Translations under genes and position numbers: made by a program | DNA from: Chiloscyllium plagiosum | Lineage: Eukaryota | Length of the DNA: 64,000 nt | NCBI RefSeq assembly: GCF_004010195.1 | Contig: NC_057751.1 | Coordinates: 4,658,161 to 4,722,160 of the forward strand | Direction: 5' to 3' | In this document: positions 1 through 11,430 of the stretch, one piece after another | Layout: every line of letters begins with the position of its first letter | How positions within the stretch are numbered: position 1 is the first letter of the stretch | Notes under the pieces: model-generated | Seen by the model: only the letters and a program-made list of their open reading frames with translations | Told to the model about the DNA's origin: nothing | The model's database searches: none

Positions 1-370
1 ACAACAGGAGGATTTAAATCCCAGAGCCTTATCCTTCAGCACACTTCCACAATCAAAACACAAGGTATGATTTCAGAAACACCTTTTACAAGGCGCAATT
101 TGACCAGCCACCTCTGCTATCTCCTTCTTCAATTCATTTCTTTGGAAGCATCTTGTGATGAGTGTGTGTTGCTGCTATGACAGATCAGAACTGTCCTCCT
201 TTCAGTTTCAAAATATGCTTTTCTAAAAAGAAAATGGTGACAGCCACAGGTGAGAACAGTGCAGATGTTAGTTCAGGGATGGGCAAAGTCCTGTGTGCAA
301 CCCATGGAATATCGCACCTGGAAGGAGTCAAAATTTGGAGATGCCAGTGTTGGACTTGGGTGGACAAAAT

Positions 371-598
371 TAAAAATCCCACAACACCAGGTTACAGTCC
401 AACAGATTTATTTGGAAGCACTAACTTTCGGAGCGCCACTCCTTCATCAGGTGGTTGTAGACTATTAAGTTGGAGGGCACAGAATTTATAGCAAAAGTTT
501 ATAGTGTGATGTAACTGAAATGATATATTGAAAACGATCTGGATTGTTTGTTTAATCTCTCATCTTTTAGAATGGGCATGGTGGTTTCATTCTCTTTA
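371..598 (-). mobile_element. Penelope-like element terminal repeat fragment (family C) containing a hammerhead motif
   Basis: Contains the hammerhead at 419-453; its end (taaaaatcccacaacaccaggttacagtccaaca) recurs inverted at ~56662-56697. PLE assignment inferred from the ribozyme type. Confidence 0.6.
419..453 (-). ncRNA. Minimal hammerhead ribozyme motif (family C)
   Basis: Minus strand CAC-CUGAUGA-A-GGAG(UGGCG)CUCC-GAAA-GUUA-GUG: stem I CAC:GUG and stem II GGAG:CUCC pair; stem III AGUU is one change from palindromic AGCU. Confidence 0.7.
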
Positions 599-697
599 AA
601 TAAGGACAGACAAGTTATGCTGCAGCTTTATAGAATTTTAGTTGGGCTACACTTAGAAAATTGCATACAGTCCTGGTCACCACACTACCAGAAGGAT
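599..697 (+). mobile_element. CR1/HER1 LINE ORF2 C-terminal fragment
   Basis: Translates as VMLQLYRILVGLHLENCIQSWSPHYQKD, like the CR1 motif LYKxLVRPHLEYCVQFWSP. Confidence 0.8.
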
Positions 698-740
698 AAG
701 ATTCCTTGCAGTGTGGAAACAGGTCCTTTGACCAAACAAG

Positions 741-956
741 AGCTTAAAAATGTGTTGCTGGAAAAGCGCAGCAGGTCAGGCAGCATCAAAGGAGAAGGAG
801 AATCGACATTTCGGGCATAAGCCCTTCTTCAGGAATGATTCCTGAAGAAGGGTTTATGCCCGAAACGTCGATTCTCCTTCTCCTTTGATGCTGCCTGACC
901 AGCTGCGCTTTTCCAGCAACACATTTTTAAGCTCTGATCTCCAGCCCTCACCTTCT
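741..956. mobile_element. Inverted (head-to-head) PLE pLTR pair, family A, with two hammerheads
   Basis: Arms 739-836 and 838-935 are near-perfect inverted repeats; flanked by direct repeat CCTTTGACCAAACAAG (725-740, 957-972). Confidence 0.85.
838..873 (+). ncRNA. Minimal hammerhead ribozyme motif (family A)
   Basis: AUUC-CUGAAGA-A-GGGU(UUAU)GCCC-GAAA-CGUC-GAUU; mirror copy on minus strand at 801-836 has GAAAUGUC. Confidence 0.7.
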
Positions 957-1759
957 CCTTTGACCAAACAAGTCCACACCGACCCTCCAAAGAGCAACCC
1001 ACCCAGTCCCACCGGCTAATGCACTTAGCACTATGGGCAATTTAGCATGGCCAATTCACCTGACCTACATATCTTTGGATTGTGGGAGGAAACCCATGCA
1101 GATACAGGGACAATGTGTAAACTCCACACAGGCAGTCGCTCAAGGCTGGAATCGAACCTGGGACCCTGGTGTTGTGAGGCAGCAGTGATAACCACTGAGC
1201 CACCATGCCACCCGAAAATGTCCTTACCATGTGGGTTACCTGTCTGCCAGACCCATGTGAACTTATGTTCAAGAAGCAGCCACTTCAAGCTGGCCTCCCA
1301 GAAAGGACAAAGGAAGGAGTTTTTTAAAAAGAAAATAAGATGCAGTGCAGACATGAGTCTAAAATGTGCAAAAGAAAAGCAAATGGACCAGTCACTAGAC
1401 TATGGGTGTCACTGGTAGCAGTGATGTTGGCAATTGAGCAGTTGTTTTTGTGAACCTTGTGACATTCTGTTGTTCTGAATACTTTCAGAATGAGAGAGTC
1501 TTTCACATTTGTTCTACCTGCAGTGTGGGAATGTTTAATGCAGCAGTTCTCAATGCTGTGGCCCTCTCAGCACTGTAATCTACACGTTAGAACTGGGTCC
1601 AGCCAGTAGAACACAGAGCCTGGTGTTGCAGTCAGTTTTGAACACCTTCTGTTTGCATATTCCTGAAGGGTTAAACACATGCTTCTTCAAGAGCCAACTT
1701 TCTGTTGAGTGGGTAATAACGCACACCCCATTATCTCTTGTTTTATGTCTTTCCTTGTC

Positions 1760-2419
1760 TGAACAAAGAACAATATAGCACAAGAACAAGCCCTTCAGCC
1801 CTCCAAGCCTGCACCAACACATTTTGCCTTTCCATACTAAAACCATTTTCCCCTACAGGATCTGTATCCCTCTATTCCCTTCCTATTCATGTACTTATCC
1901 AGGTACTTCTTGAAGGAGAAAGTGAGGGCTGCAGATGCTGGAGATCAGAGCTGAAAAATGTGTTGCTGGAAAAGCGCAGCAGGTCAGGCAGCATCCAAGG
2001 AGCAGGAGAATCGACGTTTCGGACATAAGCCCTTCTTCAGGTACTTCTTGAATGCTGCTATTGTGCCTGCTTCCACCACTTCCTCTGGCAGCACGTTCCA
2101 GGCACTAACCACCCTTTGTGTGAAAAACCTGCCTCGCACATCCCTTTTAAACTTCGCCCTGCCCCCACCACTCCCACACCTTGAACCCGCGTCCCTGAGT
2201 AATTGACCCCTCCAGCCTGGAACAGAGCCTCATACCTTCCACTCTATCCATGCCACTCACAATCTTTTAACATTCTAACAGGTTGCCCCTCAACCTCCAC
2301 TGATCCAGTGAAAACAAACCCAATCTATCCAACCTTTCCTCACAGCTAACATCCCCCATACCAGGGAACATCCTGGTAAACCTTTTCTGTACCCTCGCCA
2401 AAGCATCCACGGTAGCACG
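1760..2419 (-). mobile_element. CR1/HER1 LINE 3' fragment interrupted by a mini-PLE
   Basis: Minus ORF DALARVQKRFTRMFPGMGDVSCEERLDRLGLFSLDQWRLRG; near-identical to 26510-27075 and 56700-57320. Confidence 0.85.
1915..2041 (-). mobile_element. Mini PLE pLTR insertion (family A) starting at the hammerhead core
   Basis: TSD CAGGTACTTCTTGAA (1900-1914, 2038-2052); minus strand starts CCUGAAGAAGGGCUUAUGUCCGAAACGUC. Confidence 0.85.
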
Positions 2420-2707
2420 GTGGCTCAGTGGTTGGCACTGTTGTCTCACAGCGCCAGGGACCAAAGTTCGATTCCAGCCTTGGTTGACTGTCTGTGTGGA
2501 GTTTGCACATTCTCCCCGTGTCTGCTTGGGTTTCCTCTGGGTGCTCCGGTTTCCTCCCACAGTCCAAAGATGCAGGTGAACTGGCCATGCTAAATTGCCC
2601 ATAGTGCTAGGTGCATTAGCCAGAGGGTTGCTCTTTGGAAGGTCGGTGTGGACTTGTTTGGTTGAAGGGCCTGTTTCCACACTGTAGGGAATCTAATCTA
2701 ATCTAAA
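2410..2707 (+). mobile_element. HE1-type SINE
   Basis: GCACGGTGGCTCAGTGG A box, GTTCGATTCC B box, HE1 body, (AATCT)n tail. Confidence 0.85.
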
Positions 2708-2824
2708 TGAACCTTGTTGCAACCAACCAAGGCACTGGGTGAATAACCAAGGAGAGTCAGATCATCCCTCCTCTTGAAAGCTCAATGATTTGGGGTAGCA
2801 TGCCTGGAGCCATAACAATGTGGC

Positions 2825-3265
2825 GAATCTGACCAGGGTGTTGCTGGGAATGGAGGGTTTGAGTTATAAGGAGAGGCTGGCACTTTTTTCACTGGAGCGC
2901 AGGAAGTTGAAGGGTGACCTTATACAGGGTTATAAAATCATAAGGGATGTGGATAAGGCCAATGGCAGGTGTCTTTGCCCTTGGGTGGGGGATTTCAAAA
3001 TTAAGGGGCATATTTTTCAGGTGAGAGGAGAAAAATATAAAATAAAAACACGAGCGGTTCGTGTGTGGAATGAACTGCCAGAGAAAGCAGTGGATGTGGG
3101 TAGAGTTACAACGTTGAAAAGTAATTTGGACAGGCACACAGATGGAAAGGTTTGTAGGGATATGGGGCAAACGCAAGCAGGTGGAAGGAGTTTATTTTTG
3201 CGATTCTGGTCAGCATGATCTAATTGGACTGAAGGGTCTGTTTCTGTGCTGAATGACTATGACTG
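2825..3265 (+). mobile_element. CR1/HER1 LINE 3' fragment
   Basis: ORF GMEGLSYKERL-ALFSLERRKLKGDLIQGYKII...VRVWNELP plus LINE 3' UTR. Confidence 0.85.
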
Positions 3266-6200
3266 AGCACTGTGTCAATCACCTGAGGATAGCAGTGTGA
3301 GAAGAGTTGTTCCTGGGGTGAAGGATGTCACAACTAGCAGCAGTGCTGGATGCAGAAGCAAGAGCAGAACAGCTGCTCGGAGGATTGGATAAGTGTGAGA
3401 ACTGGAACACTACAAATGCTGAGAGGCAGAGAGGCACTGTGCAGAAAGACCGAGAGACAGACTCCTTTCAGAGAGAGGTAGCACAATTAACATGGGCCTA
3501 ATGGCCTCAGAGCTGTGCTGTGACCATTGACAATAGAAGCCAATTGTATCAAAGTATGCCTTGTCTGAGAAAGATGCAGTCTCAATGAGAACATAATTAC
3601 ACAAGGGATTATCTGGTTCTCCCTCTCCAACACCTTCCTCCCTTAGCTTCACAGGCAGCACTTGTCCAGATCACACAGAGGAACACTGATAAACACACAA
3701 CATCGTAGCCAAGAAACACTGTGCTTGGATGACTTTGCTTCGACACTTGAGATAAAAATAGTTTATTCAAGCTTTTTACAGCACGGCCCATTTAGTCGCT
3801 CACTCAGCGATGCAACCTCACTTATAACAAAAGCCCCTTCAAAACCTTTCAGAGAGACTCGGGTTCTGCATATAAAAGTGCTTCGACCCGTTGAAACAAA
3901 TGTCCTGTAAGTTGATAAGAGTACGGAGACAAGAGAAGATTGTTCAGCAAATGCGGCTCAGCTTCATCTTTCAATTGGCACTGACTCCCTGCCACTCAAT
4001 GAACAGCTTCTTAGACAGAGGAGACCCTTCACATTGAGTCATTTATCATGCCTCATTTCAAGCACATTTAGATCACAACTGAATGGCTTTCAGTTGGTCC
4101 ATTGGAATTCTATATTTGGATCAACTGTGTGTTTATGTGAATTCAAGATCCGTGAATGACTGCTTGTTATCAATTGGCTTCTCAATCGTACAGAAAGTGT
4201 TGTCTCTGAACAACATGATATTGTAGAGTTCAATCAAACCAGGTCCCGCACTGGGGGGTTTCAGTCTGAGCCTGCATTGAAAGTTCCTTCACTGATACCT
4301 TGTGTTTTTGTAAAACCATCTTCAGCATCACAAGGCTTGCAGGTCAGCAGAATACAGGTCTCTACTTGGTGCCCAAAGTCTCCCAGGCTTCACTCACTGA
4401 TCATTACCTACATTCAAATCTCCTTGGCACCAGCCACTGAGTGTGTTATTGCCATTGGGCTAATATGCCAGCTCAACATGGATTGCTTCCCTGGGCTCCA
4501 CAATCCCCAGTGCTTCTTCAATGCAAATAGCCACCTATTTGCACATTAGATTCAAACACCAAGCACGTTCAGTGCACTCCATACTGCACACTGTTGCAAT
4601 CCCAACTGACATTACTACCAGAGAAGGAAGATCCTGGAGTGATATCTGGCTCTGTAGGTCAGATTTTGCCTGTACTTTTTTTGGTTTTCATGAGGCAGTT
4701 CTTTCCTTGCAATTCAAGTTCACAATGCTACAGATTTGATTTTAACAAGAAAACAGAAATTTATGATGCAAATTAAATTAAGATAAAACAAAATAAATCA
4801 AACTATTTATATCTAACACATGTTGAAAGACTTTGCGACACACCGTAAAAATACAAATCAATTAATTGCAACAGAATCCGATAACAATACTCAGACACCA
4901 AAGAGAAATGCTTTCTCTATCCTACATTGAGTTGAATTAGCTGTGGTTTCCATCCCCAATCATGAGAATTCAAATGTCTTTTCCTCCATTCATTATATAA
5001 CTGAGATTAAACTTTCACAACTCCAATTGGTCCTTCCAGAATTGTAACCAAACCCTTCCCACTTGGAACTTGTGAACAAAAATCCTTATATTGGGATAAC
5101 CTGTTTGTAACAATTCTAAACTATCTTTTCTCTTTCTCAAGACCAATCTCTTTACACATCCAGCATCAGAATTGCCCAAACTGAAACGAGTAAAACCTTT
5201 TGTTTTCAAGCAACAGGTGTTTCCCTGAAACCCAAAGAAAATTCCAGATTCTTGTATCTAAAAGCTGAATGCACTACATTGTTTTCATCACTCCCAATGT
5301 TGAAAAAAAAACTCACACTCTCCAGGAAGTCTATCTCTCACACTGTGTTTTGAAAGAAATCACCATGGCCACAAGTTATTCATCAAACCCCTTTAGACAC
5401 ATGAAAAAAAATCCATGTGTCATTAGGTTAAATTCAAAACTGCAAACTAAATGATGTTCAAATACATACAAATCACACACACCTGATAGCAGCTTCTCCT
5501 CTCAAGGTTTTATCTGCCAGTCACTTCTCACCTGGCGTGTTTCAAAAGGGATGGATTCCTGCTTGGTTTGCTCTGTCTTCATCATTTGAGCTGCCGTGAA
5601 GTGTGGGACTCAGAGTTCAGTCTTGCAGTGGAGACAGGTCACTCTCTGAGGCTCTCACTCTGTCTATTACTCTATGTGTTCCTCGTGGTTTCCCTGTACC
5701 TATAAATGACTGGGAAAACAGCTGCGATCTCTTACTGACAGTGCAATGTGGATAATACTGACTCCTGTCAACCACATGAAAAATAATACCTTATAAACTT
5801 TCATCCCAATATCCAATCAATATTTCACACAAATATATGTGACACAGGGAGGATTTGATACAGCTGATTGGCACAGTGCCCCTGGAGCCAGTATGATATC
5901 CAATATGACAAATCAAGTTATATTTATATTGGTCTTTAAAGGAATCAAAACACCCCACAGCACTTCAAACCAACAAAGTAGGACACCCCGGCACAAACAC
6001 TGCAATGAGGTGACATGGCCAGAATATAGGAACTGGGATGCACAAGAGTCCAGAACTGGAGGAAGGCAGGAGTTTTGCAGGGAAATTGTGGGGAGGAATA
6101 GGGAGGGTGTGGTGTTAGCGATGGGGAAAGAGGAATTTGAAAAGTAGGATGTGAATTCTAAGAATGAGCCACTGTTGGTCAACGAGTTCAACTGAAATGG

Positions 6201-6450
6201 CTGAGAAGGGTCCAGTGTGCACCAAGATATATGCAACAGATGTTTGAAATCCATCAAGTGCAAGAAGTGCAGAACTCAGTAGTACTAGGCAGGGTGGGTT
6301 GAGGGAGCTCAGGCTGGGAGTCTATTGGAATAGTTTGGTGCAGAGGACACAAAGGTATGGGTGAGAGATTTGGCTGACCATAGGGTTGGGGTGGTTGATA
6401 TTGCAGAGGTGGAAAGGGGCAGTCCTAGTGATGGTGTCGTGCTGCGAATT

Positions 6451-6581
6451 AGGCAAAAGTGAGGACTGCAGATACTGGAGATCAGAGTCAAAAAATGTGG
6501 TGCTGGAAAAGCACAACAGGTTAGGCAGCATCCAAGGAGCAAGAAAATTGGTGTTTCAGGCAGGAGCCCCTCATCAGGAAT
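6451..6581 (-). mobile_element. Mini PLE pLTR (family A), degenerate hammerhead
   Basis: Minus strand starts AUUC-CUGAUGAGGGGCUCCUGCCUGAAACACC and ends in the tail (ctccagtatctgcagtcctcactttt). Confidence 0.75.
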
Positions 6582-7339
6582 TGTCAGCCAGCGCTCCATG
6601 ATGCTAAACGTCCGGTTTCCGTCTTTCAACCAATAAAATGCACAGAGCAAAAACAAAACGTGAGCCACTGCAGGGGGTAAACAGGTATCTCCTTAGTATA
6701 AGGCTCAAGATCATAGAGAACAAAGTGTTGCACACTTGCATTTCACTGGATGTCGACAGGCTTTCATGTGGCTGATCATTGCCTGAACCAACAAGATTTC
6801 AGTCATGTTCCTTTGTCAAGGGAACGAGAGGTTAACTACGCTGATGCAAAAGATTGGATGTCAAGTGAGCTCTGAGTGACAAGAATTGATGTGTGGTCTT
6901 TGAAGCACACTTGGCCAATAATTCATTGGTGAAAGCAGCATTTTAAAAAATATTTTCTCAGCAGCTGTAAATATAAATGCAAGGTCTTTCTTTGTATTTC
7001 TTCAGATTAAAAACTACTTGCATCCAACCGTGAGGTCAGGCTTCTGGTTTTAACATGACTGAGCCCACATGCTTGAAGCTCTGTACACCACTGTGATGGT
7101 TTGTTCAGCCAGAGATACCAATCACAAAAGACTGCTCCCACTCGTGTTCTATACCTGATTCTGTAAGATTTCACTCAGAATTATAAACTGACAGACAGTT
7201 CCAGGAGCTGGTGCGTAGCATCTCAGACAAATCATGTTGGCAAACATACAATTTTCAGTGAATGTCTGAAATATGGAACTGTCCACATTTTTAGTTAACC
7301 ACTGAAAATATCAGAAAATGCCTTAGTGTAGCATTGAGG

Positions 7340-8400
7340 AAGGCTGAGGTCAGTTGGACTGACATAAGCAGCGCACACTACTAAAGCAAAAATGATCAAT
7401 TTTACAAAGGGAGGAGAGGCACTTCAGTATGTTGGACAGATGACAAGCATGGGTCAGAGAACCAGAGGTTGTCATGGAAGAATACAAAAGCAGCATTCTT
7501 TTAAATGGAGGGAGACTGCAGAGGGAGCTGGGTGTTCGGGTACATAAATCACGAGGAGTTAGTACGTAGGTACAGCAAGTTGGAAGGCAGATAGAATGTT
7601 GTCGATCATTGCAAGAAGAGTGGAATGTCAAAGGAGAGAGGTTTGCAGCTGGACAGAATTAAAGACCACGGGTTAAATGCTGGCTAGAGAGAGTATATTC
7701 TCAAGTCCAGAATTCTATTTCTGGTCCCCACACTCCAGCCACACGAATTGTATGTTCCCCTTATTCATCTCACTAATTTAAGACTTAATTCATGTACAAC
7801 CATCATCAGTTGTTCTGGACTTGGTCTCAATTATTTGTGTCAGATCATCCTCAATCATAGTTTACAGAGCACTGCTGAGAGCACAGCTAGAGTTCAGGTT
7901 TGGTGTCCTTATTTCAAAGAAAAAGATATAACTGGATCGATGAGGTTCACCCAAGTCTTCCCTGAGCTGAAGGGATTATCTTCTGAAGAAAGGTTGAATA
8001 GGTGGGCCCTTTACTCAAAGCTGTGTAGAAAACTAAGAGATTGAACTGGAACGTACAAGATTTGAAGGGGTCTGGATGGGTGAATGTTGAGGGTTTCTCC
8101 CTTGTCTGAGAGATTGGAATGAGGGGACATTGTTTAAACATCTGACTTGTAGGGCAGAGATGAGCTTTTAGACTGTGGAATTCTCTTCCCCACCAAACAC
8201 AGCAGGCTGGGGCTTTCAATTTATTCAAGATATTGAGTTCTTGATGATTGTGTTTGACACATTGTTGATAAACGAGGAAACCAGGTCTCAATGAGGCTGA
8301 CAGGAAAGTGCAAGAGAGACTGCAGCCAGGTCAGCCATTATCTTATTGAATGGCACTGTAGTCTTGATGCACTGAAGGACTGACTCCATCCCCTCAATTC
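7340..8400 (+). mobile_element. Old CR1 LINE fragments
   Basis: Degenerate VQVWCPYFKEKDI...RFTQVFPELKGLSSEERLNR and CR1-type 3' UTR. Confidence 0.6.
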
Positions 8401-8479
8401 CAATGCTCCTTAATGGTTCAAGAAGTAACAAGATAGACTTTGGTAATGAGGAAGCGATGAAGAGAACACCATAGCAGGC

Positions 8480-8580
8480 AACATGATGGCTCAGGGGTTA
8501 GCACTGGTGCCTCACAGTTCCATGGACCCAGGTTTCAATTCAGCCTTGGGCGGTTGTCTGTGCGCAGTTTGTATGTTGTT
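8480..8580 (+). mobile_element. HE1-type SINE 5' fragment
   Basis: ATGGCTCAGGGGTTAGCACTGGTGCCTCACAG...CCCAGGTTTCAATTC head, truncated by the PLE. Confidence 0.7.
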
Positions 8581-8840
8581 CAAGTGGGGACTGTAGATAC
8601 TGGAGATCAGAGTCAAGATTAGTGTGGTGCTGGAAAAGCACAGCAGGTCAGGCACAATCTGAGAAGCAGGAGAATCGACATTTCGGCCACCTACAGTCAG
8701 ACCCCATCACCAGAGATATATTTCCCTCCCCATCTCTATCTGCATTCCGCAGAGACCACTCCCTCTGTGACTCCCTCATTAGTTGAAAAATGTGATGCTG
8801 GAAAAACACAGCAGGCCAGGCAGCATCCGAGGAGTAGGAG

Positions 8841-8876
8841 AATCGACGTTTCGGGCATAAGCCCTTCTTCAGGAAT
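8841..8876 (-). ncRNA. Minimal hammerhead ribozyme motif (family A)
   Basis: AUUC-CUGAAGA-A-GGGC(UUAU)GCCC-GAAA-CGUC-GAUU; core and stem II intact. Confidence 0.7.
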
Positions 8877-8891
8877 GAGGCTGGTGTGCCA

Positions 8892-9509
8892 NNNNNNNNN
8901 NNNNNNNNNNNNNNNNNNNNNNNNNNNNNNNNNNNNNNNNNNNNNNNNNNNNNNNNNNNNNNNNNNNNNNNNNNNNNNNNNNNNNNNNNNNNNNNNNNNN
9001 NNNNNNNNNNNNNNNNNNNNNNNNNNNNNNNNNNNNNNNNNNNNNNNNNNNNNNNNNNNNNNNNNNNNNNNNNNNNNNNNNNNNNNNNNNNNNNNNNNNN
9101 NNNNNNNNNNNNNNNNNNNNNNNNNNNNNNNNNNNNNNNNNNNNNNNNNNNNNNNNNNNNNNNNNNNNNNNNNNNNNNNNNNNNNNNNNNNNNNNNNNNN
9201 NNNNNNNNNNNNNNNNNNNNNNNNNNNNNNNNNNNNNNNNNNNNNNNNNNNNNNNNNNNNNNNNNNNNNNNNNNNNNNNNNNNNNNNNNNNNNNNNNNNN
9301 NNNNNNNNNNNNNNNNNNNNNNNNNNNNNNNNNNNNNNNNNNNNNNNNNNNNNNNNNNNNNNNNNNNNNNNNNNNNNNNNNNNNNNNNNNNNNNNNNNNN
9401 NNNNNNNNNNNNNNNNNNNNNNNNNNNNNNNNNNNNNNNNNNNNNNNNNNNNNNNNNNNNNNNNNNNNNNNNNNNNNNNNNNNNNNNNNNNNNNNNNNNN
9501 NNNNNNNNN
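8892..9509. other. Assembly gap
   Basis: Run of N. Confidence 1.
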
Positions 9510-10563
9510 AGGCGGAAGATGAGGTGCTCTTCCTCCAGGTGTCATGTGGTCAGGGTCTGGCGATGGAGGAGGCCAAGAACCTGCATGTCCTTGGCGGAGT
9601 GGGAGGGGGAGTTAAAGTGTACAACCACGGGGCAGTTGGGTTGGTTGGTGCGGGTGTCCCAGAGGTGTTCTCTGAAACGTTCCGCAAGAGGAGGCCACAT
9701 CGGGTGCAGCGGATACAGTAAATGATGTGTGTGGAGGTGCAGGTGAATTTGTGACGGATATGGAAGGATCCCTTGGGGCCTTGAAGGGAGATGAAGGGGG
9801 AGGTGTGGGTGCAGGTTTTGCACTTCTTGCGGTTGCAGGGGAAGGTGCCAGGAGTGGAGGTTGGGTTGGTGGGGGGTGTGGACCTGACGAGGGAGTCGCG
9901 GAGAGAGTGGTCTCTCCCTCATTAGGTCCACGCCCCCCACCAACCCACCCTACACACCTGGCACCTTCCCCTTCCACTGCAAGAGGTGTAAAACCTGCGC
10001 CCACACCTCCCCCCTCACCTCCATCCAAGGTCCCAAAGGCTCCTTCCATATCTGGCAAAGATTTTCCTGCACATCCAAACACCTCATCTCCTATGTCCAT
10101 TGCTCATGATGTGGTCTCCTCTGCATCAGGGAGACAGGATGCTAACTTGTGGAACATTTCAGAGAACATCTCTGGGAAACCCACACCAAACAGCCCCACT
10201 GCCCTGTGGCTGGCCACTTCAACTCCCCCTCCCACTCACCCAAGGACATGCAAGTCCTGGTCCTCCTCCACCGCCAAACCCTATCCACCCGCCGCCTGGA
10301 GGCAGAACACCACATCTTCCACCTTGGGACCCTCCAACCACACAAGATCAATATGGATTTCACCAGTTTTCTCATTTCCTCTTCTCCCCACCTTATCCCA
10401 GATCCAACCCTCCAACTCGGCACCGCCCTCTTGAAATGTCCTACCTGTCCATCTTCCTCTCCACCGGCCCCTCCAACCTATCACCATCACACCTTCACCT
10501 CCATCTACCTGTTTCCTTCCCAGCCCCAGCTCCACCCTCCTCAGCCCCCTTCCACACCCTAGC

Positions 10564-10599
10564 ATTCCTGATGAAGGGTTTATGCCTGAAACGTCAATC
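10564..10599 (+). ncRNA. Hammerhead motif in the PLE 3' pLTR, partly degenerate
   Basis: CUGAUGA-A-GGGU(UUAU)GCCU-GAAA-CGUC directly downstream of the PLE ORF remnant. Confidence 0.6.
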
Positions 10600-10659
10600 C
10601 TTCTTCTCCTCTCCTGCTGTGCTTTCCCAGCGCCACACTTTTCAACTCTTAAACAGAGC

Positions 10660-11430
10660 AAGCACAGAGCTGAGCCCGATAGAGCGGAACCATGGACTAC
10701 CTTCCACGATGAGGTGATTTGGGCACAGTCAAGGTAGACTGTCTCAAATGGGAAAGGGAGGACAGAGAAATGCTGAAAAAAAAACATGCTTGTGACTGCA
10801 GCCAGGGGCTAAGTCTGATTGGGAACCAAGGTAAATATAGAACTTTTAGGAGGGAGGTTGAAAAACATATTACAGAAGCAAAGAGTGATTATGAGAAAAC
10901 TCTGGCAGCTAACAGAAATTCCCAAGTGTTCTCGAACCAAATCTACAGGAAAAGGATCGCAAATGAAGGAGAATGGCTAATGAGGACCAAAGAAGGGGAT
11001 TTCCACTTAGAAGCAAGAAGTTGAACTGTGAAATGAACACATCTGTCTTTATTTACAAGGCAGATACTGCCTGGGGCCATGGTGACAGAGGAGGTAACTC
11101 AATCCCTGCAGGGTTTTAAATTGATGAGGAGAAGGTACAGGATAAAATACTGGCACTGCAAGATTATATGAGATGCCTACTGGGATATCAAAGGCACTGA
11201 GCATGAAAATTATAGCAATCTTTTTATCTTCGCCAGATCCAGGGTGGTGCTGGAGGACTGGAGAACTGCAAACACCATGCTATTGCTTAAAATGGTTAGT
11301 AGTTCAGAAGTTGCAGACCAGTCAATTTAACTTCAGTGGTCGTGAAACCTCTGGAAACAATTATTCAGGAGAGAACTAATAGTCACATGGAAAAATGTAG
11401 ACTGGTCTGGAAGAGTCAGCATGGATTTGT
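10660..11430 (+). mobile_element. Old CR1 ORF2 middle fragment
   Basis: Degenerate YRTFRREVEKHITEAKSDYEKTLAA...NSQVF and a DWR-ANV-like region, typical of the CR1 linker/RT N-terminus. Confidence 0.6.

Larger units (their letters stand above)
699..1213 (-). mobile_element. HE1-type tRNA-derived SINE interrupted by a PLE insertion
   Basis: Minus strand head GGTGGCATGGTGGCTCAGTGG (A box) and GGTTCGATTCC (B box); body matches the copy at 46677; interrupted at 741-956. Confidence 0.85.
8783..9913 (-). mobile_element. Nested Penelope-like element copy (spans the gap)
   Basis: TSD CTCCCTCATTAG (8771-8782, 9914-9925); minus ORF LAERFREHLWDTRTNQPNCPVVVHFNSPSHSAKDMQVLGL; hammerhead core at ~8841-8876. 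Confidence 0.8.
8581..10649 (+). mobile_element. 5'-truncated Penelope-like retroelement (family A) with inverted 5' pLTR, interrupted by a second copy
   Basis: Inverted pLTR 8581-8686; + strand ORF remnant FREHLWETHTKQPHCPVAGHFNSPSHSPKDMQVL...EHHIFHLGTLQPHKINMDF (PLE GIY-YIG region C-terminus); 3' pLTR with hammerhead at ~10564-10599. Confidence 0.85.

Noticed and set aside
8736..9725. Long ORFs of 250-280 aa
   Set aside because: Artefacts of N runs; the same applies to the ORFs at 44993-45790.
9727..10717. Pro/Gly-rich ORFs of 235 and 205 aa
   Set aside because: Off-frame or antisense reads of the inverted PLE copies.
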